Position numbers and translations under genes: made by a program. From positions 20,958,001 to 21,022,000 of the forward strand of contig NW_024704742.1 in the NCBI RefSeq assembly GCF_018977255.1: DNA of 64,000 nt, read 5' to 3'. The notes beneath the pieces are model-generated. The model was not told the origin of the DNA. It did no database searches and was given only the letters and a program-made list of their open reading frames with translations. The stretch is from Callorhinchus milii (Eukaryota). How positions within the stretch are numbered: the first letter of the stretch is position 1; every line of letters begins with the position of its first letter. This document shows positions 52,313 through 64,000 of the stretch, piece after piece.

Positions 52313-52613
52313 AGTCCTGTAGCTCAGTGGTTAGAGCACTCGCTTTGCAAGCGAGAGACCTGAGTTCAATTCCAGACAGGGCGAAACCTTGGGCAAGTTT
52401 CCTTACTCCACACTCCTAATAATAATCCCTCCAAAACAAAACAATAATAAATTGGTCATTTTCAATCTACGACTGTTTGTGGGACATTGCTGTGCGCAAT
52501 TGGCTGCCGCGTTCGCCCACAAATATACAGTCAATTCACTTTATATTCTGTGAAGCACTTTGGGACGTCCTCCCGACGTGAAAAGCGCTATATCAAATGC
52601 AAGGATTATTATT
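52313..52613 (+). mobile_element. Full-length young tRNA(Ala)-Deu SINE
   Basis: Nearly identical to 14460-14771 and 9768-10085. Confidence 0.95.
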
Positions 52614-55600
52614 ACATACCAGAATATATTAACTTGCTATTCCTAGCCTTAATATGGTGTGGATAGTACAATGCAGTCTGCAACCTCTCACATATTCTAA
52701 GCTTGCCCATGCCTTAGTTCCTACTGGGAAATGGGAGTTTGGGAGTATTCAATATTAATCATAAATACAATATTGTTCTGCTTTATTTGATGGATCTCTT
52801 GATCCACTTTACTATTTTGGTTTCTGTATGAGATCACTTGCATGTGTTGATTGGTATCCTCCTCTGCACTGCTTGTGGTACAAAACCTAGTGAAACTATG
52901 CCAGTAAAAACATCAACTTTGAGATTTCAACAGGACAAATGTTGTGAACCTGCTTTCCTTTCCTAGAGCATTAGCTCTGATTTGGCCTGGGATGTACAAA
53001 TTTAGCCCACAAAGTCGATCCACTTTACAATTTATTCTGTCAAGGGTTGTGAGATTTCTCAACGATGTGATAAGGTGCTATAGCAAATGCACCTTATGAA
53101 AAGGACTATTATATATTTCAACGGTGGGGCAGAGCTTATCAACTTCTACAATGTAAATGCTGAATATCACTGGCCAAATATCAAGCTCTTCAGGATAAAA
53201 AGTTTTCTGACTATTCTCAGTTACAGTTCTGGAGCCAGGAGCAAATGGATATATTTTCCAGTTTACATTTTCTTGGAACATTTATTGTGTGTGCATGGAG
53301 GCTTCAAATTTTAGGCTTACAATTGAGAATGAGTGATCAGATCATAGGATAGACATCAAACCAATCTTTCTTCTCGCGAATTGAGATGGAAGTTTCTTGC
53401 TACATGTTCAGAATACATCCAAGTGCTTTATGAGCTAGAGAAGCAGAGGAGCCATATATGTCAGACTTGTAGCTAACTGTTCTGATTTGTCAAAAGAACT
53501 AAACACCAATGTTTGTTTTAATCTTGCTCTTTCCCCCTCAATTTTCTTGCTTAAATATACTAATCTGTGCTTGGGTAGGGTCTATAAGTACCAGTTAGCT
53601 TCTAGGACAATACTTTATTCAAGTAACCTTTGCAAGATAATGTATGCAACTGGACAGTGAGCATTTGCAAAATTCAGGCATTAGGACATCACAGCCAAGC
53701 CCAATCCTGACTGATTAAATTTCATACGTGGCCACTTTTCAGCAGGAATTGCCAGAAGCAGTCAGGAGACATAATACTGGGAATGTAAAATTAAGTTTTA
53801 CTGCTTCTGAATAAAGTATCTTTTTTGAACGTGTGCTTGGGACAAGAATTACTTTTTTTCCCAGATACTCATTATTCATGCTGACCTGAGGGATTAATAT
53901 AGTCCAATTGAAACTAACATTAACAAAATAAGTTAAGTTGTACAGACCTTTCCAAATAGCAAGACACATTTTAAACTACTGTTCCTATTTTACAAGCTGG
54001 ACTGCTTGTCAAACTGATGTCTGTAAAATAGCTAATTGTATGAGTGTTTAAAAGAGTGACAGATGTTCAAGCCTTTAATTGTTTCAATGCTGTAATGGCC
54101 AGAAATTAAAATGCCTTTTAAATATTTTGTGTATGCCAAAGCAGAGTTGAGTAGATCAGGCAGGCAAGCTGACATGATTGAGAAATGAAATCTCTTGTAG
54201 CACCATCGAGTAATTGTTAGTGAGCTTCAAGATGAGCTTGATGTTGCTTGGAACTCAGTAAAGACTGTCTAGACAATATCCCAGCTTCAGCTTCCAGCTC
54301 CTTTTACTGATTTAGTGATGCCTCCCTTTTCCACACAACACAACCTTATGGCGGTTCTTTTTTTTAAGTTCAGCCGGGAAGATGGACAGTATTGTGTTCT
54401 AGACCATGGCTGTGGAAATCCTAGTAGGAATCCACAAATTCATTTTGATGTAGATTGGTGTAGATTGTAGGACAAATTTACATGTGAACTCGCCTTTAAC
54501 CTGCAGAGCATCTTATTTTGCCTGGTCTAGATCTCTGCTAACTGGTAATTCCAGTTAGATGTACAGCTAGCTGCAGGTGTCTCCTTGTAGAGCTCTTTAA
54601 CAGTACTGTTGTGTTTTCGATATCCTGCAGATGTAGTTTACAGCTTTCTCATGAGTTGCTGTACTGCATGTGTTATCATTGAAGCTTTGTTGCGAAGGTG
54701 CTTGCAAAGCTCAGTTGTAATTTTTCACACTCAGATTCAAGGTGCAACACTTGAGCCATATTATTGAATAAGTGACTTGAGGGGGACTGGTGGTAGCAAT
54801 GATAAATTCACATGATTGAAAATGGTGTAGAATGAGCATTGCTCAACTGTCTCCTGGATGAATGGAAGGTTTATTGTAAAGTGACAGTTCTTGACAGCTT
54901 ATTTCTGTCCCTTCAAAAAAAATCCCCAATTTTTGTAGGTGACATTCACTTAATACAACTCTTTGCGTACTCTAAAGGAGAATGGTACTAAATTTTAGCT
55001 TTCAGTTGGGAGTATACAGGACGATGTAAACTATTCCTGCTACTTGAATGAGGTTGGATTAGAGAATTTGCTCCAGTGATTAACTATAGACCATAGTTTT
55101 TATACAGACAAAATAAGTCTGAAGGGTTCCAGAAGGAGTTCTGTTATTTACTGTTGACTATGTTGTCTTATCAGTTGTTCTTTGTGAGATTGTTGGGGTG
55201 AGGTTGTGAATAGACCTCATCAGTTACACAAGAGTCTAGACAAAAATATTGTGTGTCAGAAAGCTTTTTTCATCATTTTACCAATGTACTCCAATCCAAG
55301 CAGATTAATGTATTTAACTGACATCAGCTTTACAAGTGATGTATGGGACAGGATAATTCAGACCAAGTATTTCTCTTGGGTGTACTGTTGTCAGAGTATG
55401 TATTGCAAGAGTACAACCATTCCCTCCAGTAGTCTGGCTGGGAACTAATCCAGTTCAGAACCTTAACGACTGCTGAAATTGAAAGGCAGCATATGCAGGT
55501 AAAATGGTGTGTTAAGAGGCTGGTCAAAAAGGTCAAAGTTTAATCGCCCAACAATCTTGACACAAAGATTATAATAGTTTGTTGGGTGGGTAAAAATATA

Positions 55601-58600
55601 ACTAAGATTTGTGCCTATGCGAAGAATAGGATTGTTAGCAAGATTAATGTTCCATGAAGCATTACAAGGCATTAGCTGCAGGTTTCCTGTGAAACACTTG
55701 CCATTTTGGATTGCTATTTTTGAAAACAGCTTAGATATCTAGACTGAGAACTGGCTGTTCATTTGTAAATTTGTCTACATATTGAAAGAAGAATAAGAAA
55801 ACATTACTACTTTCTTACAAAAGCCTATATATCTAAGGCTGCCCCTGTTTTTACTCTCCTGTGAGCAACAATAAGCTACGCAGACGTAAAGAACAGCCAC
55901 GAGCAACAATTCCTCAGATCTGATTCCCCATCTATTCTGAAGTTGCATCTGGCAATAAAACTAATCAGAAAACTTCAGTGGAGAAATTGGTTACAAACCA
56001 CAGAGACTTAACATGTTAACATACTTGCCTCTGTCAGAAAATTGTGGGTTCAAGCCATTTGAGCTCATTGACTAGGTTAACCCCAGTGCAGGACTGAGGA
56101 TGTGCTTCATTGTTGGAGGCTTCAAAAATCCTTTGAATGAGATGTTAAAACAATGTCTGCCTGTCTAGGTGGTGGTAAAGATCCTGTGGCAGAAGTCAAA
56201 AAAAGGGAATTTCTCCCAGTATTCTATCCACGAATCTTCCAGATAAAATAGAGTATTTACCTCTTAATAATAACAATGCTTGCATTTGATACAGTGCCTT
56301 ATGTGGCTTCACAAAATGATGTGACTGGTATATGCTGCACAAAATAGCGTATTTTTGTCAACGAACATGGCAGCCAATTTGCAAGCAACCTTGTCCCACA
56401 AACAGCCATGGAGTGAGTGACTAATTTTATTTAGGGGATTGTTGGGCAGGACATTGGGAGAAACTCATTTCTCTTTTCAAAGTGCCATGCTACATTTAAC
56501 GTCCACCGGAACAGGAAAATCAGTTGCTGCGTTAGTCTACAAATGGACGTTTGCCTATAAATATAGTTATTCCACTTCACAATAAAATCCTATGAAGTGC
56601 TTTGGGATGTCCTCCTGACATGAAAGCTACTATACCAAATGTAAGGATTATTGTAAATAGTCACTACATTTTACAGTGACTCTTGTGAAGGATTTTTGAG
56701 ATGTTTTGATGATGTGATAAGGCACTATATCAAATCCAAGAATTTATTTTGGTCAGCCAGATGTCTGACACCCAAAAACCTATCAGTATTCAAACCAATA
56801 CAGATCCGCATGCCACCAATACATCAAAATATCACTGTGTCTGGAATAAAATGTACACTCTCCCCCCAAAGAGATGCAGCCTGCCTGCCTAATTCCAGAA
56901 AGTATTAGGCATAAATTATAATAAGAATATTTATAATAATAAAATATTATTTTGGTGCATTTGATGTAGTACCTTATGTTGTCGAGATGTCTCAAAGTGC
57001 TTCACAGCATATATTGTAAGGTGGTTTGATTTATTTTATGGGTTAGTGTGAGCCGAAGTGCGGGGTCTCCAGAGTGTGTATCGGGGCTGCTTCTGAAGTT
57101 TGACCATTTTATAAATGCACAACATGCCGATGTGAGTACTGTCTGGCAAGCTTCCTGCTGCTTGTCACCTCAAAGTCCTGTGGCTGGCGGTCGGTCATCA
57201 TTGGTGGCTTGGAGTACTTCAGACATGCCTATCTCAGGAGCCAGACTACAGAGAGCATCATGGAGGCTGACCTGATTCCACCATTCTTTTGCCAAGCACA
57301 TTTCCTTGGAGTGAGCTCAACTCCAGAGATCCTTCTTATTTCCCCCACAGAGGATAGTCACTAGCTGGTCATTTGATGCCATTGGAAAACCTAGTCCTTA
57401 CTTTGTGGGTAGTAGATGCCATAAACTCCCTCTGGTGAGCAACATAACTTAGCATGAAATGTGTGAGAGCATTCCTCATACCATCCTTGTGTCCACATCT
57501 CGGAATCACATCCCTTATCCATTACATGATAACTCCCCCAGTTGGCATTTGGAGTTTGCTTAGTTCTTTGAATACCAATCCAAGTGGATGTCCAATCCTG
57601 TATATATGAGTGTGTGTTCATGAACCCAGACGCTGTCGTCTTAAGCCTCAGTTTCCTCATCAGCTATTCCAGTGATACCCTTAGGCTGAAGAGATGGCAC
57701 AGTGAATTGTGAATCAAATGATTGGTCCTTCTCACTTGTTCATGACACCATTTGCAACATGAATAATTAATTAGAAATGGATTAAAGAGCATCTGGAACA
57801 GACAAGAATGACCCTCGAAATTTTATGAGGAATGACCAGATTGACCTCACAATGATATCACTGATTCAACTGTACTAAAAAAAAGTAACGCATCACAAAA
57901 GTTAGTGTTGCATTGGATACATCTACACATAGACTTAGTATAGACAGACCTTATGATCAATTCACAGCATGTTTATGGAATGGTCTATTCATGGCTTTGG
58001 TTCTGTTTGTAAACCACCACACAAACCAATGAAAGAACATGTCTTTAAGTATAATATCCCTTATTCTAAATTCATTGTCACAATCTATTATTGAAAGAGC
58101 ACTTCAGTCTGGAGAGGCCAGAATGGCTTGTTTCAGTGATTTGCTAAAAATGTACTTCTTAACAAATAGTTGTTTTGACGGTGTGACAGAAAGAAATGTG
58201 ATACAGTAATGTCCTGTTTGTGCTAAACTATACTGATATAAATTATATCAATGTGTACCCTGTATAGCCAAGTTGCAATGGCAGTGGCATATAGTTTTCG
58301 TTGATACAAAATTTGGATTGTTTTTATTGGACTGTGTGAGTGGCCGGAGATAATCAGGATGCTGTGAAACAGCCTTGTAGCTATGATGGTAAAGAATGCT
58401 GAACTCTCTAGCTTAGAAGCCTTGCTTTCCTTGAAGGAATGTTTTTTTTCTGATTTTGTCAACATTGTTTGAATTAAAGTGCAAGCAAACATACCCTTGT
58501 GAATTAACCAACTAGAGAAACTGAAACTTTGTAACTTAATCATGGTATAAAGGCCAATTTGTTTGTTGTATTTAATTTTGTTCTGGTTCAACCCCATTTA

Positions 58601-59796
58601 TGTCGTCCGATTTTGAATTTTAGTTGTTAAAAGTTTTATTGATGACTTTTTGATGGCTTTTTATTGAAATGCTCTCATGACTGCCTGATTTGGAAATTTG
58701 CCCATGCTGAGTGCGGACACAAAGCTAGAGATTTAATGTGAATGATTTTAGTAAGAAGCAAAATGACCCTATACTATCACTATTTGATACAGATCATTGA
58801 TTTCAAAAATATCATTACTTTTATACTTATACTTTACGGAATTAGGTAAGCAGGATGTGTCCATCAGGGAGAGAATGTGCATACCATTTCAATAAACATC
58901 GCAGGAATATCCATGTGTAGGTGGGATGCAGGAAACACTCAAGCTCAGTTTGGATACTCTTAAGCATGGGTTTCCGCATGTGTCAGATCCTGGCTGACCA
59001 AAACGAAAAGTCAGATTTTAGTATGTTTAATGAGTCTCTTTGCCACTGCATCATACAACCTGAACAATGAATCATAAATGTGTGATGTTTAGTAAAACCG
59101 CTTACTGTTAATGCTGAATTTGGTGGGAGAGTGAATCAGAGGCCTGAACTTACTCATGTTTTGTCCTTAAGAGCATTGTCTTAAGCTATGATTGTGTCAA
59201 ATTTTGGAAAATTAACTACAATCTGCTAATTCACCGCTGGTCAGAAAATCTATTAACTTTGTATCTGAGATCATGCAAACCATGTTAATTAACTGTAATG
59301 GCCAATTGCCAAGCCAACTGCCAATTGTTGAGGAGCAAATTAACTCATTGATGTAAATCAGGCTTTTGTAGAGCATCAGTAGAGAATGACCAGTTGATGT
59401 ATCCTTCACTTCTGAATTGGGCTCACAGTTTAAATGCTTAGACTTAAAGCTGGGGTGAAAGTAATACTTTAAACGAATAAATATGGGGTCAGCAGCAATA
59501 TTACGATGTGGCATCTCTGAAGGTTTGCCCCTTCATCAAACATTGGGATTTCAATAGACCATCTTGTACCTTCTCCATTATCAAGGTGCGCCTCAAGACC
59601 TTCCTATTCGACTGTGGCTATGGTCATCTCCCCACCGCATGGCTCAGTGTCGGGCTCCACCACTATTAAGGACTCTGGGACTCTACCCCTCTACCCTGCA
59701 TTAAGGGCGCTATATAAATGCAAGTTGTGGTTGTTGTTGTTATCCTTCCAGGGAGAGAGTACACAGTCCATTCCAACAAAGATCAATTTCTATGTA

Positions 59797-59993
59797 ACAA
59801 AAAACAGAAGTCGCTGGGAACGCTCAGCAGGTCAGGCTGACTTTAAACAAATAAATAATGGAACCTGACGAAGGGTCGTGGACCCGAAACATTAACTCAC
59901 TTTCCTTTCTCCATAGACGCTGCCTGACCTGCTGAGTGTTCCCAGCGACTTCTGCTTTTGTTTCAGATTTCCAGCATCTGCAGTATTTTGTGT
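59797..59993 (+). mobile_element. Penelope-like element remnant with inverted terminal arm, hammerhead core and 14-bp target-site duplication
   Basis: TSD tcaatttctatgta at 59783-59796 and 59994-60007; inverted arms 59801-59837 and 59922-59959; CTGACGA..GAAA at 59865-59889. Confidence 0.8.
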
Positions 59994-60892
59994 TCAATTT
60001 CTATGTATTTGTGGACTTTCAGTGGTTTGGTTTAGTATTGTAATATATTTCTGTGTGTGTCAGACACCTGACTACCAAAAATATGCCCTATATAGTATTG
60101 CACTGGAGAGCCAGTCTGGACCTGATGATCTCCAATTCTGATGTGGGGTTTGAAACAAACACCTTCTAATGGCCTGACTGTATAGATCTTTCTATACTGG
60201 TTGACAGTCCTATTCGAGGTTTCAATTTTTTTACAAAACTGCATTGTTCAGTTCAATCACGAATGTTCTTAACCGAACATATGATGTTAAATTGCCTGTT
60301 TGTTCAATCTGTTCAATTAACCTCAAAAGATGACTGTAATCTAAAGTGTTTGGAAAATGATGAAATACTCCATTGCACACAATATGCTCTGGGGTTAAGA
60401 ATGTTGTCTAAGTCATTGAATAGTGGAAAGGTAAAACCATGCTTTTATTTATTAAGTCACCTAACTTTTTCTTCCGTAACTACTGTGTTTCAGTGTTATC
60501 CTCTTTGTAAGCCTGCCAGTAACAACAATGATACAGTTTTGTTTGTTGCTCCTTGTACCTTTTTTTAGCTGCTGAGTTACCTTTGTTACAAGACTGAATT
60601 GTACCATAAACCAAATGTTTCGTGCACAGAGATAAAATCATGTTCACGCAGCTATTGTTGTTAAGTATATTCTGTGAAACGTCTAGAAGACGTGAAAAGT
60701 GCTATATCAAATGCAAGGATTATTATTATTAAATCTATTAGACTATGCATAGAAAATGCAAGTTCCAATTTAGCTTTTATGCTCACCAAAATATTAGCAT
60801 TCAAATCAAACTTAAACTGCATCTAATGGAATTGTTCCTTCATCTTTAATATTATATAATATGATAAAACATCACAGAGCACTTCACAGGAT

Positions 60893-61270
60893 ATAATAAT
60901 AATCCTTGCATTTGATATAACGCTTTTCATGTCTTCTAGATATACTATAAAATGGAGTGACTGTGTCTTTGTGGGTGAATGCGGAGGCTAATTTCCACAG
61001 TAAGGTCTTTTATTTGGGGCATTGTTGGCCAGCACACCGGGTGAAACTCACTTCTCTTTTTTAATAGAGCCACGGGATCTCTAACGTCCAACTGAGTAGG
61101 CAGATGAATCGTTACCTCATCCGAAATACGGCACCTCCAATAATGCAGCAGTTAGCCAGCACTGCACTGGAGTGTCAGCTTCGACTATATGAGTTCCAAG
61201 TCCTGACGTAGGGTTTGAACCCACAACCCTTAAGACTCAGAGTTGATAATGCAAACAACTGAGCCAGGCT
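60893..61270 (-). mobile_element. Old full-length tRNA-Deu SINE with L2-type tail
   Basis: Head tttgaacccacaacc..actgagccaggct; Deu segment gggatctctaacgtcca..ctcatccgaa..ggcacctcc; tail aataatccttgcatttgatat. Confidence 0.8.
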
Positions 61271-63768
61271 ATGATATATGTATGTGTGCATGCGTGACAT
61301 ATGATGTGGACTTCAGAGTGGATTTTTTTCTCTTGTGATTTTAGTCAATAACTACCTCACAGGATTATGATTTTTCTTTTATTTTATAAATATATTGCAC
61401 AAACATGTAATATTTAAATAATTCCATTGGATTTCATCCATTTCCTATCTTAAATATACAATTACTTCACAGACATAATACTCATCTTGCTAAAGAATTG
61501 GACAAAATTAAAAACTACACAGTCATTTCTGATTAAGAAATATACAAGTGGGGCTCAAAAGGTTTTATTCATCAATGTGGTAATTTTTGAATGAAGAAGT
61601 AGAATTGAGGAGGGGGCGAGGGCGGCGGGGAAAGAATCACATCACACACTTGTGATGGGAAAATGTTGATATAGTAAAATATTTGACAAGCTTGATATGT
61701 GTGGGTCTTTGCTCTTGAGCACTATCATAGATTGATATTAGCTCCAGACAGAGAGAAGGATTGAAACACAGCCACTTTATCCTCCTGTCCAAACCTGCAG
61801 CTCAATGCTAAATATTAGCATTCCCTCCTGGAATGCGGCAATTCCATAATTTCTGCCAAAGCAGAGTGTTGTTTAAAACATCCACAGTAGTGACCCTTTT
61901 TCATGCTCTAAATCGAATGTCTTCTAGTTTGGGTGGGGATGGGAGGAAGAATTATCATCTCAATACAAAAGACAGCAAAATATCTACAACTCTTCCAGTT
62001 TGTGGTTGTGATATTGTTGGGCTTGGGTGTAGGTTGTACATTCATTAAATTATTGCACCCAAGTCATTTCTCCACACAACACATCAAATCTTGGGCTGAA
62101 GCAAAGTTGTTCTTAAGAAGTGGGAATATGGTTCTGTAGTGCAACAACAAACAGCAGTCAACCTTTTATTGCTCCTGTTAAGTCCATTCATCAGGTTTGC
62201 AATACAGTTTGATCCTGTGCTTTTTGATATGTTGAAAGGTCATGAAACATTTTGGTACAAATTCATAAATGCTCCAATTAATGCACTGTCTGTGCCAGAT
62301 AGGGCCGACATTCAATTAAACATAATCCTCTAATCCCCAGACATTTTTAAAAGTTTCGGATCAAACCGAGTTATAGTGTATTAATAATACAAAAGCAAGA
62401 CAAAAGCCAACTCTAAGACTCGTGGTAGATTTATAACTGATGGCAGCCAGTTCAGGTTGTAGAGCTATGGGATTAGCTGGCCCAATAATAGACTGAAGTG
62501 CAACCCAAAAGGGCCCTCACTGGAGGATTTACAGGGATAACCTGCGTGTTTGGAAAGGGCTAATGTGATTGACAAGTGTGAGTGACTGAATTGCAGTTTA
62601 CTCAATAAGAAGGTTACCATTCTACAAGGCCTTGGTAAATTATCCAAGTTAAGTCGTTGAATAAATAAATGTAATCTTTTCTGTATGTGCTGGATTTTCT
62701 GGGGAATTCCGCAGAGTAGCACCTTGTGGTGCAGTACTGTGCAGGGATGAAGCCCTTCTCCTTTTTTCTCATGGTTCTTTCCTGATGGTCCATTCGAACA
62801 GTCAGCTGGATGCAGCAGCCACATTATTCAATAAGAGAAATAGTTTTTCTGTCAACACATCAGTCACTAGCATGATGATTACCTGACATTAACTGCTAGA
62901 TGAAACCTGCCTCTCTGTGGTGCCTGTTCTTATATTTTTATCATTGCATAAAACACGGTACATCCTTTGTCTATAATCATGTGTAAGGCTGATTTTCAGT
63001 GTAACTATGTATGGATTCTAATGTACTCAACACATGCAGTAGATTAAGTTTGATGAAAGGGTTTCCTACAGATAGATTCTAGTTCGTTGACAAATGTTCC
63101 TAGAATCCGCATGAAACAGTGGTCAACTTCAGGTTCAGAACTCTCCACTTTAACAAATAAAAAGTAATAAACACATACCCTAGCTATAATGACGATGGGA
63201 AGTTAGCTGGATCTTAGAAGGTTGATTAGGTCTTGACGCTGAGATGAAAACTGTTTTGTCAGAAACTCCCATGAGAAATGCAAATCCTGCCCTTTATTAT
63301 TCCTGGCAGCAATGGGGTGCCATTCGACCCTTTCAAGAACAGATTCCTCCTTCATTAAACAGAACTTAGACTAGCTTAGACTAACAAGTGATCTCAAAGG
63401 GTAAAACAGCACCTGTCACACCATCAAGACTGGTTCTCTGAGATTAACATTTTCAAACAGGCCCTCACTATAGCAAAACATTTTATCATAAAAGCAGAAA
63501 AATTAAAAAATGCTACAAATTCCTAACAATGACATTGCACGCTATCATTGCAGTGCTGCCTGCACCACGTGTACCATGTCCCACACCACTTTGATATGCC
63601 ACTACTTTGATTCCACAGCTACAGGTTGTTCTGCTGTTCAGGTGCACTTTTGATCCATATTTCTTGCAGGATTCCAAAAAGGTCTGTGTAACTAGTTTTT
63701 CCGGCTGTTTCCTATACTTTGGAAAGGAAGTGATCCACAAGAATGTGTGCGGTAGCAGAGACAGAGCC

Positions 63769-64000
63769 TCAGACGGGTGCCACCTCAGGCACTGCCACTT
63801 CCATCTGGGGAGCCCTTTGTAAGGTTGTTTCTGTCTGTGACACAGGCACAGCTACGCAGTCTCTGTTTTCTGAGTATTGACAGGTTGAAGTGTTCCTGTC
63901 AATCTTCTTGCCAGTGTCTGGGCAGTTCTGTACAAAGATCACCCTGTTATATGCCTTTAGCCTTCGCCACAGTTGAATGTAGACTTTACACTGGACGTAC
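63769..64000 (-). CDS. MARCHF1: E3 ubiquitin ligase MARCHF1 (MARCH1), C-terminal part of the last coding exon; enters from the right edge
   Basis: Manual translation: [96 protein letters not shown] matches MARCH1, and the tail-to-tail position with TMA16 fits known synteny. Confidence 0.93.
   Translation of the reverse strand, partial: YVQCKVYIQLWRRLKAYNRVIFVQNCPDTGKKIDRNTSTCQYSENRDCVAVPVSQTETTLQRAPQMEVAVPEVAPV

Noticed and set aside
57048..57660. GC-richer block with short ORFs, possibly retroelement-derived
   Set aside because: No convincing RT, RNaseH or other motif could be read; left unannotated
1..64000. CRISPR arrays, operons or other prokaryotic systems
   Set aside because: The sequence is vertebrate; recurring motifs are dispersed SINE/LINE tails rather than regularly spaced repeats

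Overview
Vertebrate genomic DNA. The repeat content (tRNA/Deu-domain SINEs with L2-type tails, CR1 and L2 LINEs, Penelope-like termini) suggests a cartilaginous fish, probably a chimaera such as Callorhinchus; this species call is an inference. The window holds the conserved NPY1R(-)/NPY5R(+)/TMA16(+)/MARCHF1(-) block. It contains the first 111 codons of NPY1R at the left edge, an intact single-exon NPY5R ORF, the last three coding exons of TMA16 behind a CpG island, and the end of the MARCHF1 terminal coding exon at the right edge. Most other ORF-track entries are repeat or low-complexity artefacts. Most notable: (1) a Penelope-like insertion with an inverted terminal arm, a 14-bp target-site duplication and a hammerhead-ribozyme core; (2) the 5' exons of TMA16 cannot be found in the window; (3) a candidate poison (NMD) cassette exon in TMA16; (4) uORFs and alternative start codons at NPY5R; (5) inverted young SINE pairs, and a SINE/L2 shared 3' hairpin with a conserved stem and variable loop. 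All calls were made by eye, without database searches.
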